Part shown: positions 41,746 through 54,703 of the stretch, in pieces
Layout: the number at the start of each line of letters is the position of its first letter
Position numbering within the stretch: the first letter of the stretch is position 1
From: Podarcis gaigeae
Taxonomy: Eukaryota
Strand: one strand, 5' to 3'
NCBI GenBank assembly: GCA_964106915.2
Contig: OZ066919.1
Length of the DNA: 64,000 nucleotides
The notes under the pieces: model-generated
The model's input: the letters and a program-made list of their open reading frames with translations, nothing else
Told to the model about the DNA's origin: nothing
Database searches by the model: none
Position numbers and translations under genes: made by a program

Positions 41746-41747
<2 letters not shown>

Positions 41748-43652
41748 CCAGTGAGGCAGGAGTTAAAGGAAGCAGCCAGAGTGGAGTTTGCGGGAAGTTT
41801 GAGAGACTCTGACGCAAGGACGCTCTGGCACTGTCGTGGCTCTCATTAGAGCTGACAGATCCACTCTCGTGATGTAGACACTCTTGCTGCCGACACAGCA
41901 GGAGCTTTGTAGTGAAAACTTTATAATTGGGAACTCTGGTGGCAGCTTCTTCTTTTCACGCATGGAGCTTTCTGCTCTCTTCAAGGATTCTCTCCCCCAC
42001 ATTCCCTTCTTTAAGAGCTAGTAATTGCTTTCAACCTTTTGCTTTAGAGAGTGCTTGGGAACAGGGTAGAATCACACGGTTTGACTCAGGCTGTGTAACA
42101 ATCTTTAACTCTGCTCTTTGAGTGTTGCACTCCTTCCTTTTCTCTCCTCTTTTTGCATGTCTGCTGCATTCTCTTCGAGGCACCCCATCTGCAACTACTG
42201 ACTTAGTTTAGCTTCCAACAGAGACTACTTGCGCTTTGTGTTATAGCTGCCTCGCTCCTTGGCACACTCCTTCCTCTGCCACTAATCCTGCTGCTGTGGA
42301 GATTCATGTTCCAGAGAATGCTGCTCCTTTCATCCCTGCACTGCTTCGCATATATACAATCTAGCAACATGGATAAAAAGAACCCCCTGCCCATTCCCTT
42401 CAGAGTCCATCAAGCAAGCATCAGTGCTGGCTGTTTCCGAAAACGAGCTGGAAATAAGGAATGGGAAACCAAATGCCATTCCCAATTTATATTCCATCCT
42501 ATGCAATAATCATTTATCACAGATTACATGCTGCTTTACCTGTTCCTGCACCCTATGCAAACATTTATAGGTATCGCCTATATGCAAAATCCATACTCTT
42601 CTAATTTACCAATGTTGCCTCCTCCTTGTGTTTACAATTTCTCTCAGCTCCAAACTAAATGTTACAGGAGGAATTTGGCTTCCACTCAGATCAGCAGCAG
42701 TGCATCACTTCCTCTCACCCCTGGTTGAATCCATTAATATAAAGCATGTGGTGTGATGCCACCATGCCTCAAGTTTCCCAGCTCCTCCTCTTCATCAGTT
42801 GTAATGGGGGGGGGGGGCGGTGAAAAAACTCAAAGCACAGTGACATCACATCAGATGTTTTGTATTACTGGATGTTCCCAGCAGCAGCAGGTGAAGCACA
42901 GCTTCTGCTTTTAGAAGCAGCCACATATCTCCTCTAAGTCCAGTCCTGGTCTCATAAAGTCAAGAACTCCTTTGGTGACATTCCTGCAAGTTGTTCAGCT
43001 CTGTAATCACAGAATAAAGTCCTAGGTTATGGAAGAAAGGCTGTTTACACCCTTGTGCATCCAATTTTTACAATTCTTGCAAATTTCAGCAGGAACTGCT
43101 GGATCCGTTTATGATTTGACTCATATGTCTGAGGCCCTCTCCACCACTCTGATGGGTGGAAATAGATGCCTATCAGCATAACAGAAGACAGGAAATGAAT
43201 ACTATGGACATTCATGACCTGCCTCTAATCCTAAGGTTGCAATGACTAAGGCAACATGAAGCTATGGAGTGGAGCGGAGACTGCATTCTTTCCTGGGCTT
43301 TTCATAGCAGCAGGGGATACTTGAGAGCCCCACAGGGGATTTTGCCAGGTAGATCTGACAGCCTGTATGTCAATCATGCGATGGTCATAATGACATCATG
43401 TGCTTAACAGATGGGCAACCCTGCTTACCTGTCAAATTTGGCCCATGAGGCCGATCCTGATAAAGGACCTGAATCCTTAGAGCCAAAAAGATGAAGGAAG
43501 CCTTAAACCAATGTAAAAAAGAAACTCCAAAATCCATCCCTTAGGCACACAAGATCCCAAATTAAACAGCTTACTGACTTTGCTGTGTTCAAGGATTTTG
43601 GCTTGAATACAGATGGGACTGAATAAGGTTCACTGCATACATTTACACTCAC

Positions 43653-43740
43653 CTGTATTTCCAGCTGCTGTACCACTTGCATTTGAACTCGACACTGAGC
43701 TGTGCTCCGGTCATCAAGTGCATGTTCTGTATTGAGGTGT
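43653..43740 (-). CDS. FOXP4: FOXP4 coding exon, end of zinc finger and start of leucine zipper, 88 nt
   Basis: tttttag|ACACCTC...ATACAG|gtgagt; encodes [29 protein letters not shown]; phase 2/0. Confidence 0.97.
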
Positions 43741-43763
43741 CTAAAAACAGAAAACATATTTTT

Positions 43764-43856
43764 AAGAGGAGGAGGAGGAGGAGGAGGAGGAGAAGAAGAA
43801 GAAGAAGAAGAAGAAGAAGAAGAAGAGGAGGAGGAGGAGGAGGAAGAAGAAGAAGA
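43764..43856. repeat. Compound (GGA)n/(GAA)n pure-purine tract
   Basis: About 93 nt of alternating GGA and GAA blocks. Confidence 0.97.
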
Positions 43857-44363
43857 TGAAAAAATTAACATAGCTCTGGACAACCAGAACTCCCTTGACA
43901 ATGTTTACCCCTTTATTAAGATTCTTTAATACACTGGCTGTGCTATGCAACATGTCTACTATCTTATCTATCTCATTTTTATCCTGTTCATCAACAGGTT
44001 ATTCAATTTTATCATCACAATAATGCTGTGAGGGAGGCTAGCCTGAGAAAGAGTGACTTGCCCATAGACCATGACCTAGGGGGAAATGTACCTAACCAGG
44101 CCCATCAGTTCAAGGACTTCCTCCTCTCCCCCCTGAAAATGGCTCAGGGCAGGAGGAGATCCCCCAGAACAGCACATGGGGGGGAGGAGATGGGGAATCG
44201 TTCCAACTGGCAAGCTGAAATGTTTTCAAAGATGGAACAACTGGAAGAGTGCAAGGCTGTATTCCCCCCTAGTCAGCATCACTGCTGAGTGGGGATTTGA
44301 GCCAAAGGTTTTCTGATTTAAGTCTACCACCTTGTCTGCTGTACCACACTGGTGCTACATATA

Positions 44364-44441
44364 CAGGGTAAGTCCTTTAAGAGTCCCCATGGATACAGAG
44401 TACACATGTTCCACGGGGCCTCTTTTAAAAGACTCACCCTG
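44364..44441. mobile_element. 78-bp hairpin MITE (mariner-like)
   Basis: TA|cagggtaagtcctttaagagtccccatgga ... tccacggggcctcttttaaaagactcaccctg|TA. Confidence 0.75.
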
Positions 44442-45619
44442 TACATATATACACAGCAAGTTACATGACCTACAGCAGTCATCTCCAACTTGATTCCCTA
44501 CAGATGTTTTGGACTACCTGTCCCATCCGCCCCAACCAGCATGGATAATGGTCAGAGATAAGTCACGGTCTAAAAGATCTAGAAGACATAGAGGACATCT
44601 AGTTAGGGAAGGCTGCCCTAGAGTCTGAAGAGACAAGTCAACCAAAGAGTCAGGTGGAGATCCTGAACCACAGAAAGGCAAAGTGACACGCTTACAAATC
44701 AGTTGGAAAAAGAGCTCAACACTCGTAAGTCTACCAATTTTCCAGAGATTTTTCTTCATTCAGGAGAGATGGATTATAAGGACAGAAAATGCATTTTCCT
44801 TTATGAATTCCAAGAGCCTCTTCACTGTAGGTTCACAACTTTGTCTCAACAAGCCACCTTCCATCTGCTGAAGCAGCATAGCCTTTTGCCATACAAAATT
44901 TAACAAAACCGAAACAGGCCTGGACTTTATATTCCATTTCAAAGCTTGTACCGTTAACAGGCGAGTGAATGTAAGCTTTCTTAATGTCAGCCAATGAACT
45001 AAAGGTAGTGCAGGGAATTAAATTCATTTTCCTCTAAGAGCCTTAGTTTCGCTATTGAACAACATTCCATGCAATGTTTCCTTACTATTTTAAGCTGTGT
45101 CAAGACTTCCCAGTTAGGGGAAGCAGGATATGGCTGTCTAATGTTAGGAGGCTCCTTTCGGACCAGTCAGTTACATATGGTAGCACAGGTGGAATCAATT
45201 CTCCCTTTTGGCCTCCTCCTGGCCACATGAAAAAGGCTAAGTTAGGCTTTGAAGGAGTATGCGAGTTCCCTGCCCATCTGCCTTAAGTCTGTTGCAGTTG
45301 GCACCTGTTGGCTCGTTAACAGTGATCCTTCGGTAGCTGAAGGCCAGGGTGGGGGTGGGGTGGCAAGTTTTTCTAAAATGTTCATTTCACAGAACACATA
45401 CACACACAGATCAGGCACACAGGCTGTGCTTCTGACCGTCTCCAGTCCTCCCAAACGTCATTTTCAACCTTCACAACATTCTGTTTGGAGGCAGTGGGGT
45501 GGGAGGTGGAGGGGGGCCGAGAATGAGGAGCGGCATGTGCGTATGTGGACGGGGTGGGAAGCATGTGTAGCAAGAAAGGCATTGGGGGGAGGGGGGAACC
45601 CGAACAAGCAAGAAAAGAA

Positions 45620-45830
45620 AACCCGTCAGTTTCATCTGATGTCTTTGCTAAAAATCTTGGCTACAAAGAGATCTAATTGCAAATGAACTAATTAAGTAAA
45701 CCTCTGACGAAGCGTGAAAACAATTTGTTTGACCCTGACGCTAGCAGAGGGCTCTTAGACAGCGGAGTTAATCAGTCAGTGACAGAGCCCACAAGCGGTG
45801 TCAGCAGGCTGCCGCGCTGCCATCTGTTTC
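45620..45830. promoter_or_regulatory. Candidate intronic enhancer / conserved element
   Basis: TAATTA, GTAAAC, TGTTTG, TGACG x2, TGACAG, CATCTG motifs; CpG retention. Confidence 0.4.
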
Positions 45831-46416
45831 TCTCTAGTTCTCCCCACCCGCCCCCCTTTTCTTCTTCCTAACATGGGCGAGCTATAAACTTTAGTGGTCT
45901 GTCTCCTCTCTCCTCTAAAGCCTTGTCATTACGGTAGGTCCCAGTCAGCCTCTTTCTCTCTAGCAGAGTCTCTCCCACTCTTCCTATATACCCCACAGTG
46001 CCTGGAAGCCTTTAAAAACTTCCCGGTTCTTACTGAAGGTCTATGACAGTGATATAGCTCTGTTTCGGAGAAGAAGCCTAGAGGGGTCTAGCTCCATTTC
46101 ACAGAAGGAAAAACTGGTATGGAAGTACAGTACTCAATTTTTCTAAAAGTAGTGATGCTAGAATGGCTCTAGGGGGCTGGCATGGTGGTGCTTCTAGACT
46201 ATCAAAAGCTACCAGGTACCTGTTCTACAGACATAAATTATATTTTCTGAAGTATCAAAGCTCACTAATAACTGATTTAGAGGGAAAATATCTCTAGAAT
46301 CTGAGGAAACCATCCCCAGGGTCAAAAAACAACAGACTGATCTTTGGGCTTCACTGCACATCATCAAAAACAGTTAAAGTGCTTGCAGCAGGACTTTTCC
46401 TTTTTGAGGTCTATGG

Positions 46417-46552
46417 CAGGCTTCCTCAACCTTGGCCCTCCAGATGTTTTTGGCCTACAACTCCCATGATCCTTAGCTAGCAGGACCAGTGGTCAGGGAT
46501 GATGGGAATTGTAGTCTCCAAACATGTGGAGGGCCGAGGCTGAGGAAGCTTG
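46417..46552. mobile_element. hAT-like 136-bp MITE (same core as 13171, different TIR variant)
   Basis: caggcttcctcaacc...ggctgaggaagcttg; perfect 8-bp TSD GTCTATGG at 46409-46416 and 46553-46560. Confidence 0.92.
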
Positions 46553-46649
46553 GTCTATGGTGTGAGAAAATACAGGAAGAATATTAAGCACAGGTTGGGC
46601 CAAAGAACACAGCAGCATGAGTATACCTTGCACATAAGGAAGTCACCTA

Positions 46650-46886
<237 letters not shown>

Positions 46887-47139
46887 TCATGTATACTCCC
46901 TTCATTGAGCAGATGTTGTCTCCACCCAGTTAACTGCGAATCTAGCCTGGGCTGCCAGAACCATAGTTGCAGATGCAGACCAGCAGAATTCATCCTCAGT
47001 TCATATCTTAGGTTGTCAGGTGTGGCACAAAATACTTTTTAACTATCTTCTTGGTATGCTAGATGCAACTCTTTTTTTAAAAAATGTGCACTGGCTACAG
47101 TTATCCATACCCTGGTTTCATCAAGGTTAGATTACTATA

Positions 47140-47590
47140 AAGTGCTATGTGTGGGACTGCCTATGAAGAATGCACAGAAACAGCAGTTGGTTTCAAACAC
47201 AGATGCAGAGGAAGATGTATCACCAGTACCAAAAGAGCTTCATGGTCTCCAAATTTATTTCCAAACATAATTCAAGTGCTGGTTCTGAGCTATAAGGCTT
47301 TAAAAGGTCTGGGACCACAATATGAAAGGGCTGCCTGCTCCCCTGTGAACCTGCCACATTAGTAAAAGCTTCATAGGATGTCAGGTTATAGGTTCCTTCA
47401 ACTTCCAAGTCAACTTCGATAGTTACCAGAGCTGTCTTGGTGTTGGCGCCTCATTTGTGGAATTCTCTCCCTGTAACCTTTCTTCTGCTAGCTTTAGACA
47501 CTCAAGTAAATAATCCTGTTTCCTTTGACTTTTAGTGGATTTTAATGAGATTGTTTGTTTTAATCCATTGATGGGTTTGCTTTATTAGAT
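47140..47590 (+). mobile_element. Highly degraded L2-like LINE fragment
   Basis: Remnant 'caagtgctggttctgagctataaggctttaaaaggtctgggacc ... tggaattctctccc' resembles L2 ORF2 3' ends. Confidence 0.55.
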
Positions 47591-48396
47591 TTTAATATAG
47601 ATTGCTAGTCTGCTTCTGCTTGATGCAGAACTTCCTTATCTCTGCAGTGCATCTATGCTATGTTTCTTGCTTATTCTTGATAGCCCACAAGGCTGGCAGA
47701 CCTATGGACTGTGTACTTAGCACAGCTGCCTTCATCTGATTAGCATGGGACTGTCCCAAGGGTAAGAGTCTCTGCCTATATGAAGGATCTTGTTAGATCC
47801 TGAGCTGTCTGCTAGGGTGTCAAAGCATCAGAGTGGAAAGCTCTTTACTGGATACTCCCAAACAGTACAGCATCTAAGCCATTTCCCTAACATGAATGAC
47901 TTTTATGAACTCTTATTTGGCCCTTGGGGTAAACTGAAAAACTAAAGGCTGTGACTGCACCAGTGCCATTAAAAAAAAGCAACTGAATCAGCATAGTCTC
48001 CACAACAGCAATGGGGCCATTATACACAAATGTTTGGGAAGATAGTCATGTAGCCATTCTCCAATGGCTAGCAAGATTCACATATAATTTGTTCATTGAG
48101 CCTAAATTGTAATTCATTGGGTCTGAATTGAAGTGGCCAATTTCCACATGGCCAATCCCTCCTATTGTGACTTAATAAGTTCCATTTGTCACTGAAGGCA
48201 GGTACAATCACAAATTTGACTCCATATCTGGTAAGCCAACACTGTGCCAAACAGTAGAAGTTCAAGTTCTGAACATGATAGAAAATACTAGTCTTTCCCA
48301 ATCATGTGTAGAATTTTACCCTGTCCTTTGAGATAAATTCTATATCCTTAACAAATTATCCATTCTATATTTCAAAGGACCACATAAAGTTTCTAC

Positions 48397-48601
48397 CTGT
48401 CCCTCCTTTGTGTGAGCATGGCGTTCTGTCCATTGGGAAGAGGGTGGTGGGAAATTGGAGGAGAGACCTTGGCGGCCGAAAACGAGGTAGAATTGGAGGT
48501 GTTGGTGCTGAGGTCAAGTCCCTCTTGCTTGATACTGTCTTCTACAGGCTGAGTAGCAGTAACCTCTTTCCATAGCTGCTGAAGGTCTGAGGGACACACA
48601 G
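48397..48601 (-). CDS. FOXP4: FOXP4 coding exon, 205 nt
   Basis: gtgaag|CTGTGTGT...GACAG|gtagaa; encodes [14 protein letters not shown]...IKQEGLDL...[24 protein letters not shown]; phase 1/2. Confidence 0.93.
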
Positions 48602-49420
48602 CTTCACACATGTTGGAGAGAGCAGGAAGGAGCAGCAGAAAGAGGAAAAGATTTTTTAAAGAAGGATTTAAGAATCACGAATATGCAGAACCCACGTTAA
48701 GATGAGCCAAAAAAATCCATGAAAGGTGTGGCTTCTGTGTTTAGTTTGTTGACAAAAGAGCTAATTGAGTCTCCCGGCTACTGAGAGCTCTCCTCAATGA
48801 CTATTTATGCAACACTATTAATTGTGCATGGAATTACTTCAGCCTTACATGGTCTAGAATCTCCATGGCCATTACAAGTTTTAAATTATTTATTTAAAAT
48901 TACAATTTTATTGAAGCGTTTCATAACAATTAAAGACATAACTAATCTGTATTAGAACAAACCCTTGCTTAATACTATAAAAATGACTTTTGCTCGAAAC
49001 AGTCAGGCACACTAGTCCACCATCTCAGCAGTATGTGGCCCACTAGAAATTGGATAGCAGTCCTCCAACGCACTGCCAACAACTGACTGCTTTTACCCAT
49101 CTCTGATGCAGAGGCTGGATATTTATACCACTTATACAGAGAAGAAAAACTAAGCCAGAGGGTGGTTTTGTTTTGGCATGCCTGGTATGTACCACAAGTG
49201 GTTCTGGCAATATATGGATTTCATGCCATAGAATGCATTCATTCTTATCTTGATTTGGCTAGCTAGATGATCACACTGTCTTTTAGATAGGTAAAAATAC
49301 TGACGTTTAGGCACAGCAGTAGCTACAATGCTTTTCGGGATGTAACTCTTAAAAATTAGCTGCCCAATTACATATTTGCATTCAGTTATTCACAGGAACC
49401 TAGGAAATTGCCTTTTATCA

Positions 49421-49800
49421 GCCTGGTTCACACATAACACCAAATCAAGGCTAAGTGTGAACAAGCAAGTGTATGGGTAGAGAGAGCAAAAATCACAGCC
49501 ATTTTCCTCCTCTCCCAGTCCTGCTATTGCACCACTACCCAGAGCTATGCCATAGTTTGGCTAAGTGTTAAGTGTGAACCCAGGCCCACAATTTGTCTCA
49601 TTCCAAACAAGCTGTATCAAGGGCTTGTTCTTAGCTTAATGTTTGTAGTTTGTTTGGAGTGAGACAAACCACAGTCTTGAGTTTGTACTTAAAACTAAGC
49701 CAAACCATGGCTTAGCTCAGGGTAGAATGGCAGTAGCAGAACCTGGTGAAGAGTGAAGCAGTTGTGATTTTCAATCTGTGTACCTGCATGCTTGCTTGTT
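49421..49800. mobile_element. Old palindromic MITE nested between two parts of a SINE
   Basis: Symmetry about ~49625 (tttgtctcattccaaacaa / ttgtttggagtgagacaaa; flanking arms also pair); related fragment at about 59840-59940. Confidence 0.65.
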
Positions 49801-49933
49801 TACTAACCAGCAGTAGCTTGTCAGGATTTCAGACAAGATCCCTCCCAGCTCTACCCGGAGATACCAGAGATTGAACCTGGAACCTTCTTCATGCAAAAGC
49901 ATGTGCCTTACTAGTGAGTCAATATCCTTCCCC
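49801..49933 (-). mobile_element. tRNA-derived SINE (Squam3-like) 5' part
   Basis: Minus strand ggggaagg...catgcttttgcatgaagaaggttccaggttcaatctctggtatctcc, with B-box-like GGTTCAAT. Confidence 0.7.
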
Positions 49934-50686
49934 AAAGGATGGGCATAGACTCAGTTCTGACCAGCAAAGTCAAATGAATCCAGGATGCCAGACTGAAATT
50001 TCAAGTGAGTGTGTGTCCAAACGTCTTCTGGTTTCCATTCCAAACAAATAAAGAGACCCTTGGACATTTGAATACTGAATAGGCTTGAACGGGGTGGGGG
50101 GTGGGGAGTGAAGGGAGGGGGATGAAAGCAGTATTCGGCTAACTCCTGCTGCCATGGCCAAGGTAAGTGGGGGTGGGGGCACTTACTGGCAAAACCTGAG
50201 CATTGCTTTCAGCTTGCCCACCACCACATGCCTTGCCACTGCCTGTCCCTTCCAATTCACGATGTTCAAAGACCCCATTTAGCATGAACTAGGCTGAGTA
50301 TATCAGTCTAGACTCTGCCGCTTTCCTCAAGGACTCCCTCTCTGGAAGAGAGGGGCATAAGGTGTCTGCATAAAGTGAAGCTACTTTGCTTATGCACCCC
50401 CCTCTTGCAGACAGAAAGTAGCAACATCACAGTGAAGCTTCCACCGGCAGGCAATCCCTGTGTTATGCACGAAAGGTAAAAATGAAATATTAGGCCCCAG
50501 CTTTCTCCCGTTAACAGCAACACAGCTCCTGGAACAGGAGTCAGATCAGGCACATTACATTTTGGTTCAATAATGCGTTATTGATGTCTGTTCTATAACA
50601 AAACCCAAAGCATGCCAAATGTTAGGCCCCACGTGCATTCAAACAGTCAGCTCTTAAAATTAACAGAAAGCCAACAGGCTGTGCTA

Positions 50687-50926
<240 letters not shown>

Positions 50927-52313
50927 TCAAAACACATTATTTTCAACCCTGTAGCACAGGCCTTCCGGGATTCTCTGGGGTCTTGCATAAGCAGCCCAAT
51001 CCCAGCATCAGCCTTGCTTTCAGCCAGCACAGCTCACAGTCCTGATCTCTTGTCCTCAGTGGCCACACAGCATATAACCAAGACAGAAAGCCTTTGATCT
51101 ATCATAGCAGCAGAACGAAGGGGGTGGGTGGCGGAAGAGAAGAGAGCGAGCCTGCTTGGCAGAGCAGTGAAAATGCTGAGTCTCTCTGCCAGATGAGCAT
51201 TTCCACAAAGTCTGTGCGTTTGAATTGTGCATAAAGAAGCAGAATCTCTGTTTCTCAGTTGTATCTGGCTACCCGAAGCATACATCAGCATCAATGGATT
51301 GAGCTCCTATGAGCAACACAAAAGGCTTGCAGGCTAGAGCATCATAACCTGGGAAACTCTTAAAGACAATGGTTTGACTTTATGGAGTAACACACAACCA
51401 TCTGAGCCATATCTATTCCTGAAACTTTAATGCCCAGGATCTGGGGCTCCTGCTGGTCTCAAGGAATACAGGTGTGTGTTTTTTTTAAAGATATATTAAT
51501 TAAATTGGCAAAGGGAAATATACTCTAATATAAACTTTTTTTTTCACCTCTCATACAGAATGACACATAGAAATCTGGTTGTTTATGCATGGCTTTTCAG
51601 AGAAAATGGAATGCGACACAAATATGGGCCATAATTTAGAAAAAGTTTTGCAAAATGTGTCACAAATGCTCATCATTATCTTCCTATTAGAGGCGGGAAA
51701 TGGGTTAATCCAATGTAAAAAAAATAATTAATGTTAAGATGGAGAATCAATCTCAGTGTCAGAAATTAACAGCACTAAATGATCTTAAAATTCAAGAACT
51801 CTAGCTGACTGTGGGCCTTAACCACAACCCATTGACATCCATGTACACTGACTCCAACAAGACGAGGCCCATTAATTTCAGTGAGAAGAATAATGGCCTG
51901 CCCATGATTTCATGGGGAGTTTGTGGCAAAGCCAAGAATAAGATTCTTCTCAAATATTTTTAATTGAGGTGATTTAAAAGGAAAGCCCAAGAGGCAAAAT
52001 GAAAGGATTAAATTCAAATGCAAATAGTTTGAATATTATTATTAAAATAATTTATGTAATGATTTTCCTAAAACATTTATTAAGGATTTGTTTGGAAGTT
52101 GTTGTTGTTAATTAAATTTGTATACCGCCTTATACCCGGAGGTTTCAAGGCGGATCACAACATAAAATCACAATCTAAAAACACACAGGTAAAATGAGGT
52201 GGCAGAAATAGGAGCACAACTACAGCCATTGATTTATTTTATAAACAGAACTGTAACAAATGACAATATGTAAGAGAGAATAATGTGTGGCCCCTTTCTC
52301 ACCATAACACTAT

Positions 52314-52470
52314 GCTGGACAGCTCAGTTGGTAGAGAATAATACACTTAATCTCAGGGTCATGGGTTTGAGTCTCATGCTGGGCAAAAAAAAATCCTGCA
52401 TTGTAGAGGGTTGGACTAGATGACCCTTGTGGTTCCCTCCAACTCTTCAGTTTTACAATGCTATGATTCT
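52314..52470 (+). mobile_element. tRNA-Lys-derived SINE with CR1-like tail
   Basis: Head agctcagttggtagag...cttaatctcagggtcatgggtttgag resembles tRNA-Lys(CTT); tail ggttggactagatgaccc...atgattct resembles a CR1 3' end. Confidence 0.8.
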
Positions 52471-52480
52471 TCATACTACC

Positions 52481-52892
52481 TGTGATGGTTATGGGTGGGT
52501 TACTCGTGTGTAAACTGCCTCCACTTCAGTTAGATCGTTTGCTCAACCATGTTTAGGGTTAGAGCTCGCCCTCCGTGACCTGTTAGTCACTTGCAGAATC
52601 CGTCAGTGGGCGTTTCTTGAATCTCTTCCAGCATAAAAGCTGTTTGACCCCAAGTCTCCACCTGTGTTCCCTGCGCGGAACGCGTCTGCGCAGGTAAGGG
52701 GACGGCAAGGGCGTGCCAGCGCTCTCTCCGCTGGTCTCGGTTGAAGGGTCTCGGATCCCTGACACCGATTCCTCCATCTCCCTCTCCTCTCTATTGGTGT
52801 CACACTGAATTCCTTCCCCCCGACTGGTTCCCTCTCCGGCATCGCTCTGGAGCCCTGCCTCCGCTTTTCTCTCTGATGTCTGTTCCCTGACA
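52481..52892. mobile_element. Solo LTR, 412 bp
   Basis: Starts TGT and ends ACA; flanked by exact 5-bp TSD CTACC (52476-52480 and 52893-52897); GC/CpG-rich relative to surroundings. Confidence 0.85.
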
Positions 52893-54014
52893 CTACCTCT
52901 ACTAAAGTATGTGTACTTCAGCTGGCAGATAAGATCACATTATGCTTGTATGTTGTACACTGCCTTTTTCTATTCTTATGCAAGTATTGCTTATAAATAT
53001 TTAAATGGATAAATTTAAGAGGTAGAGAGAGATCCACAGTAGCATAAACCAAGGCGGCCTCAGAGAAGCAGGAACTGGCAAAATATGGGAAAGATTCAGA
53101 GCCTAAAATATCCATTTTGTCCTCCATCTAATCTTTGAAGCATTTATTTGGTAGCTATCTGAAGAGCAGAATAGAATACATCATTGAAGAGTACATCAAG
53201 GCAAGTCCATTCATTTTCAATTTGGATAAAATTCCTAACTGATGAATCACCAGGCGGTCTGTCTCAGCCAAGGGGCATCAAAACTGGGAAGAGGCATCCC
53301 CTACAGACTGTACTGCAGGCAGACAAGCAAGGAAGGGTGAGTCATTCATGTTAAAAAAAATTATGTGTGTGAGATGCACTCTGAGTGGCCTAAGGGTGTG
53401 GGAGGAGATCCTAGAACGCTCCCATGTAAAAAATCTGTAGCAGTATCACACAGACTAGAGTTTGCTTTTTCCCCTCCCTTGCTTCCCCACTCCCTGGCAG
53501 GCCTTTCTGTGAGCACAGGTTTCTGCCTGTTACATCAGAGCAGTTGAACACTGCCCCATTCACTTAACTTCCAGGCTATAAAACAGAAGGAAATTGGGAA
53601 CGGATTAAGTCATTAGGATCCCCAGGGCATGTTGCTTTCACTTCATAACTCAACAGTCCTCTGTATCTTTCCTCATGGACTTGTCATTGAGCCCAAGCAT
53701 CCTTATAGTAGGTTCCGGGAGTCTGGAGGATAACAGATGGGGACAAGGGAGCAGTGAGTAACCAGCAGGTGAAATGGCTTCAGCTGCATAGCTTTTCTGC
53801 AGGCCCACACTGAAATGGGATCTCATAGGCACTGAGAATGGAGTGACTCGTGGCTGTGGGACAAGTGGGGATAAATAGAGGGTACAATGAAGTCTAGGGC
53901 CATATGAATGAGCACTGGAGGCTGCAACAGAATCCAGGAGTGTAAGCACCTCTCCTTAGAAAATGGATTGTCAGGACATGTTTTGCATGCAACAGAGTAA
54001 CTAATGCATTAGAG

Positions 54015-54262
54015 CAGGGGTCAGCAAACTTTCAGCAGAGGGCTGATCCACTGTCCCTCAGCCCTTGTGGGGGGCCGGACTATATTTTGAGGGGGGAAAT
54101 GAATGAATTCCTATGCCCCACAAATAACCCAGAGATGCATTTTAAATAAAAGGACACATTCTACTCATGTAAAAACATGCTGATTCCCGGACCATCTGCA
54201 GGCCGGATTGAGAAGGCAATTGCGCTGGATCCGGCCCCCGGACCTTAGTTTGCTGACCCCTG
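54015..54262. mobile_element. hAT-like MITE
   Basis: TIRs caggggtcagcaaact / agtttgctgacccctg (16 bp, perfect); imperfect 8-bp flanks cattagag / attcagag. Confidence 0.85.
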
Positions 54263-54703
54263 ATTCAGAGCATAGCTTTTTGGAACTCCTAAAACAATTT
54301 GGGGATGGAACACGTCGTCATATATGGAGTTCCTGCCACTGGGATCCTCTTCCCTAGAGTCCTTACTCACAAATAAGTTCTAAAGCTGCTTTCCACACCA
54401 TCAAAAATGTCAGCGCAGGAAACTATGAAAATACACTTGCTTTCCAGGAGGCACCTGCAGACGTAATCCTCTGGGAAGTTCTCCTGCATAAGCTCTTTTG
54501 AAATGAAAGCAAGCTGAACAAGAATACTGCTGTGCTCTTCTGCAGCTTCCATTTATTTCATTGAGGCTAGCACATACAAAATTTCCTGTTGGATTGTGCC
54601 CTTTGTCTACAATGACTGAGTCGGTAATGTGGTATCATCATACTCAGTAGTACTGTTTTCATTACTAGTATGGAAAGGACCAATATAATAACCACATTAG
54701 ATA

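Noticed and set aside
43503-43953. Poly-S, poly-E and poly-R ORFs
   Set aside because: Translations of the GGA/GAA microsatellite; only 43653-43740 is coding
52314-52385. tRNA-Lys-like sequence
   Set aside because: Stems are degenerate and it runs into a CR1-like tail, so it is a SINE head, not a tRNA gene
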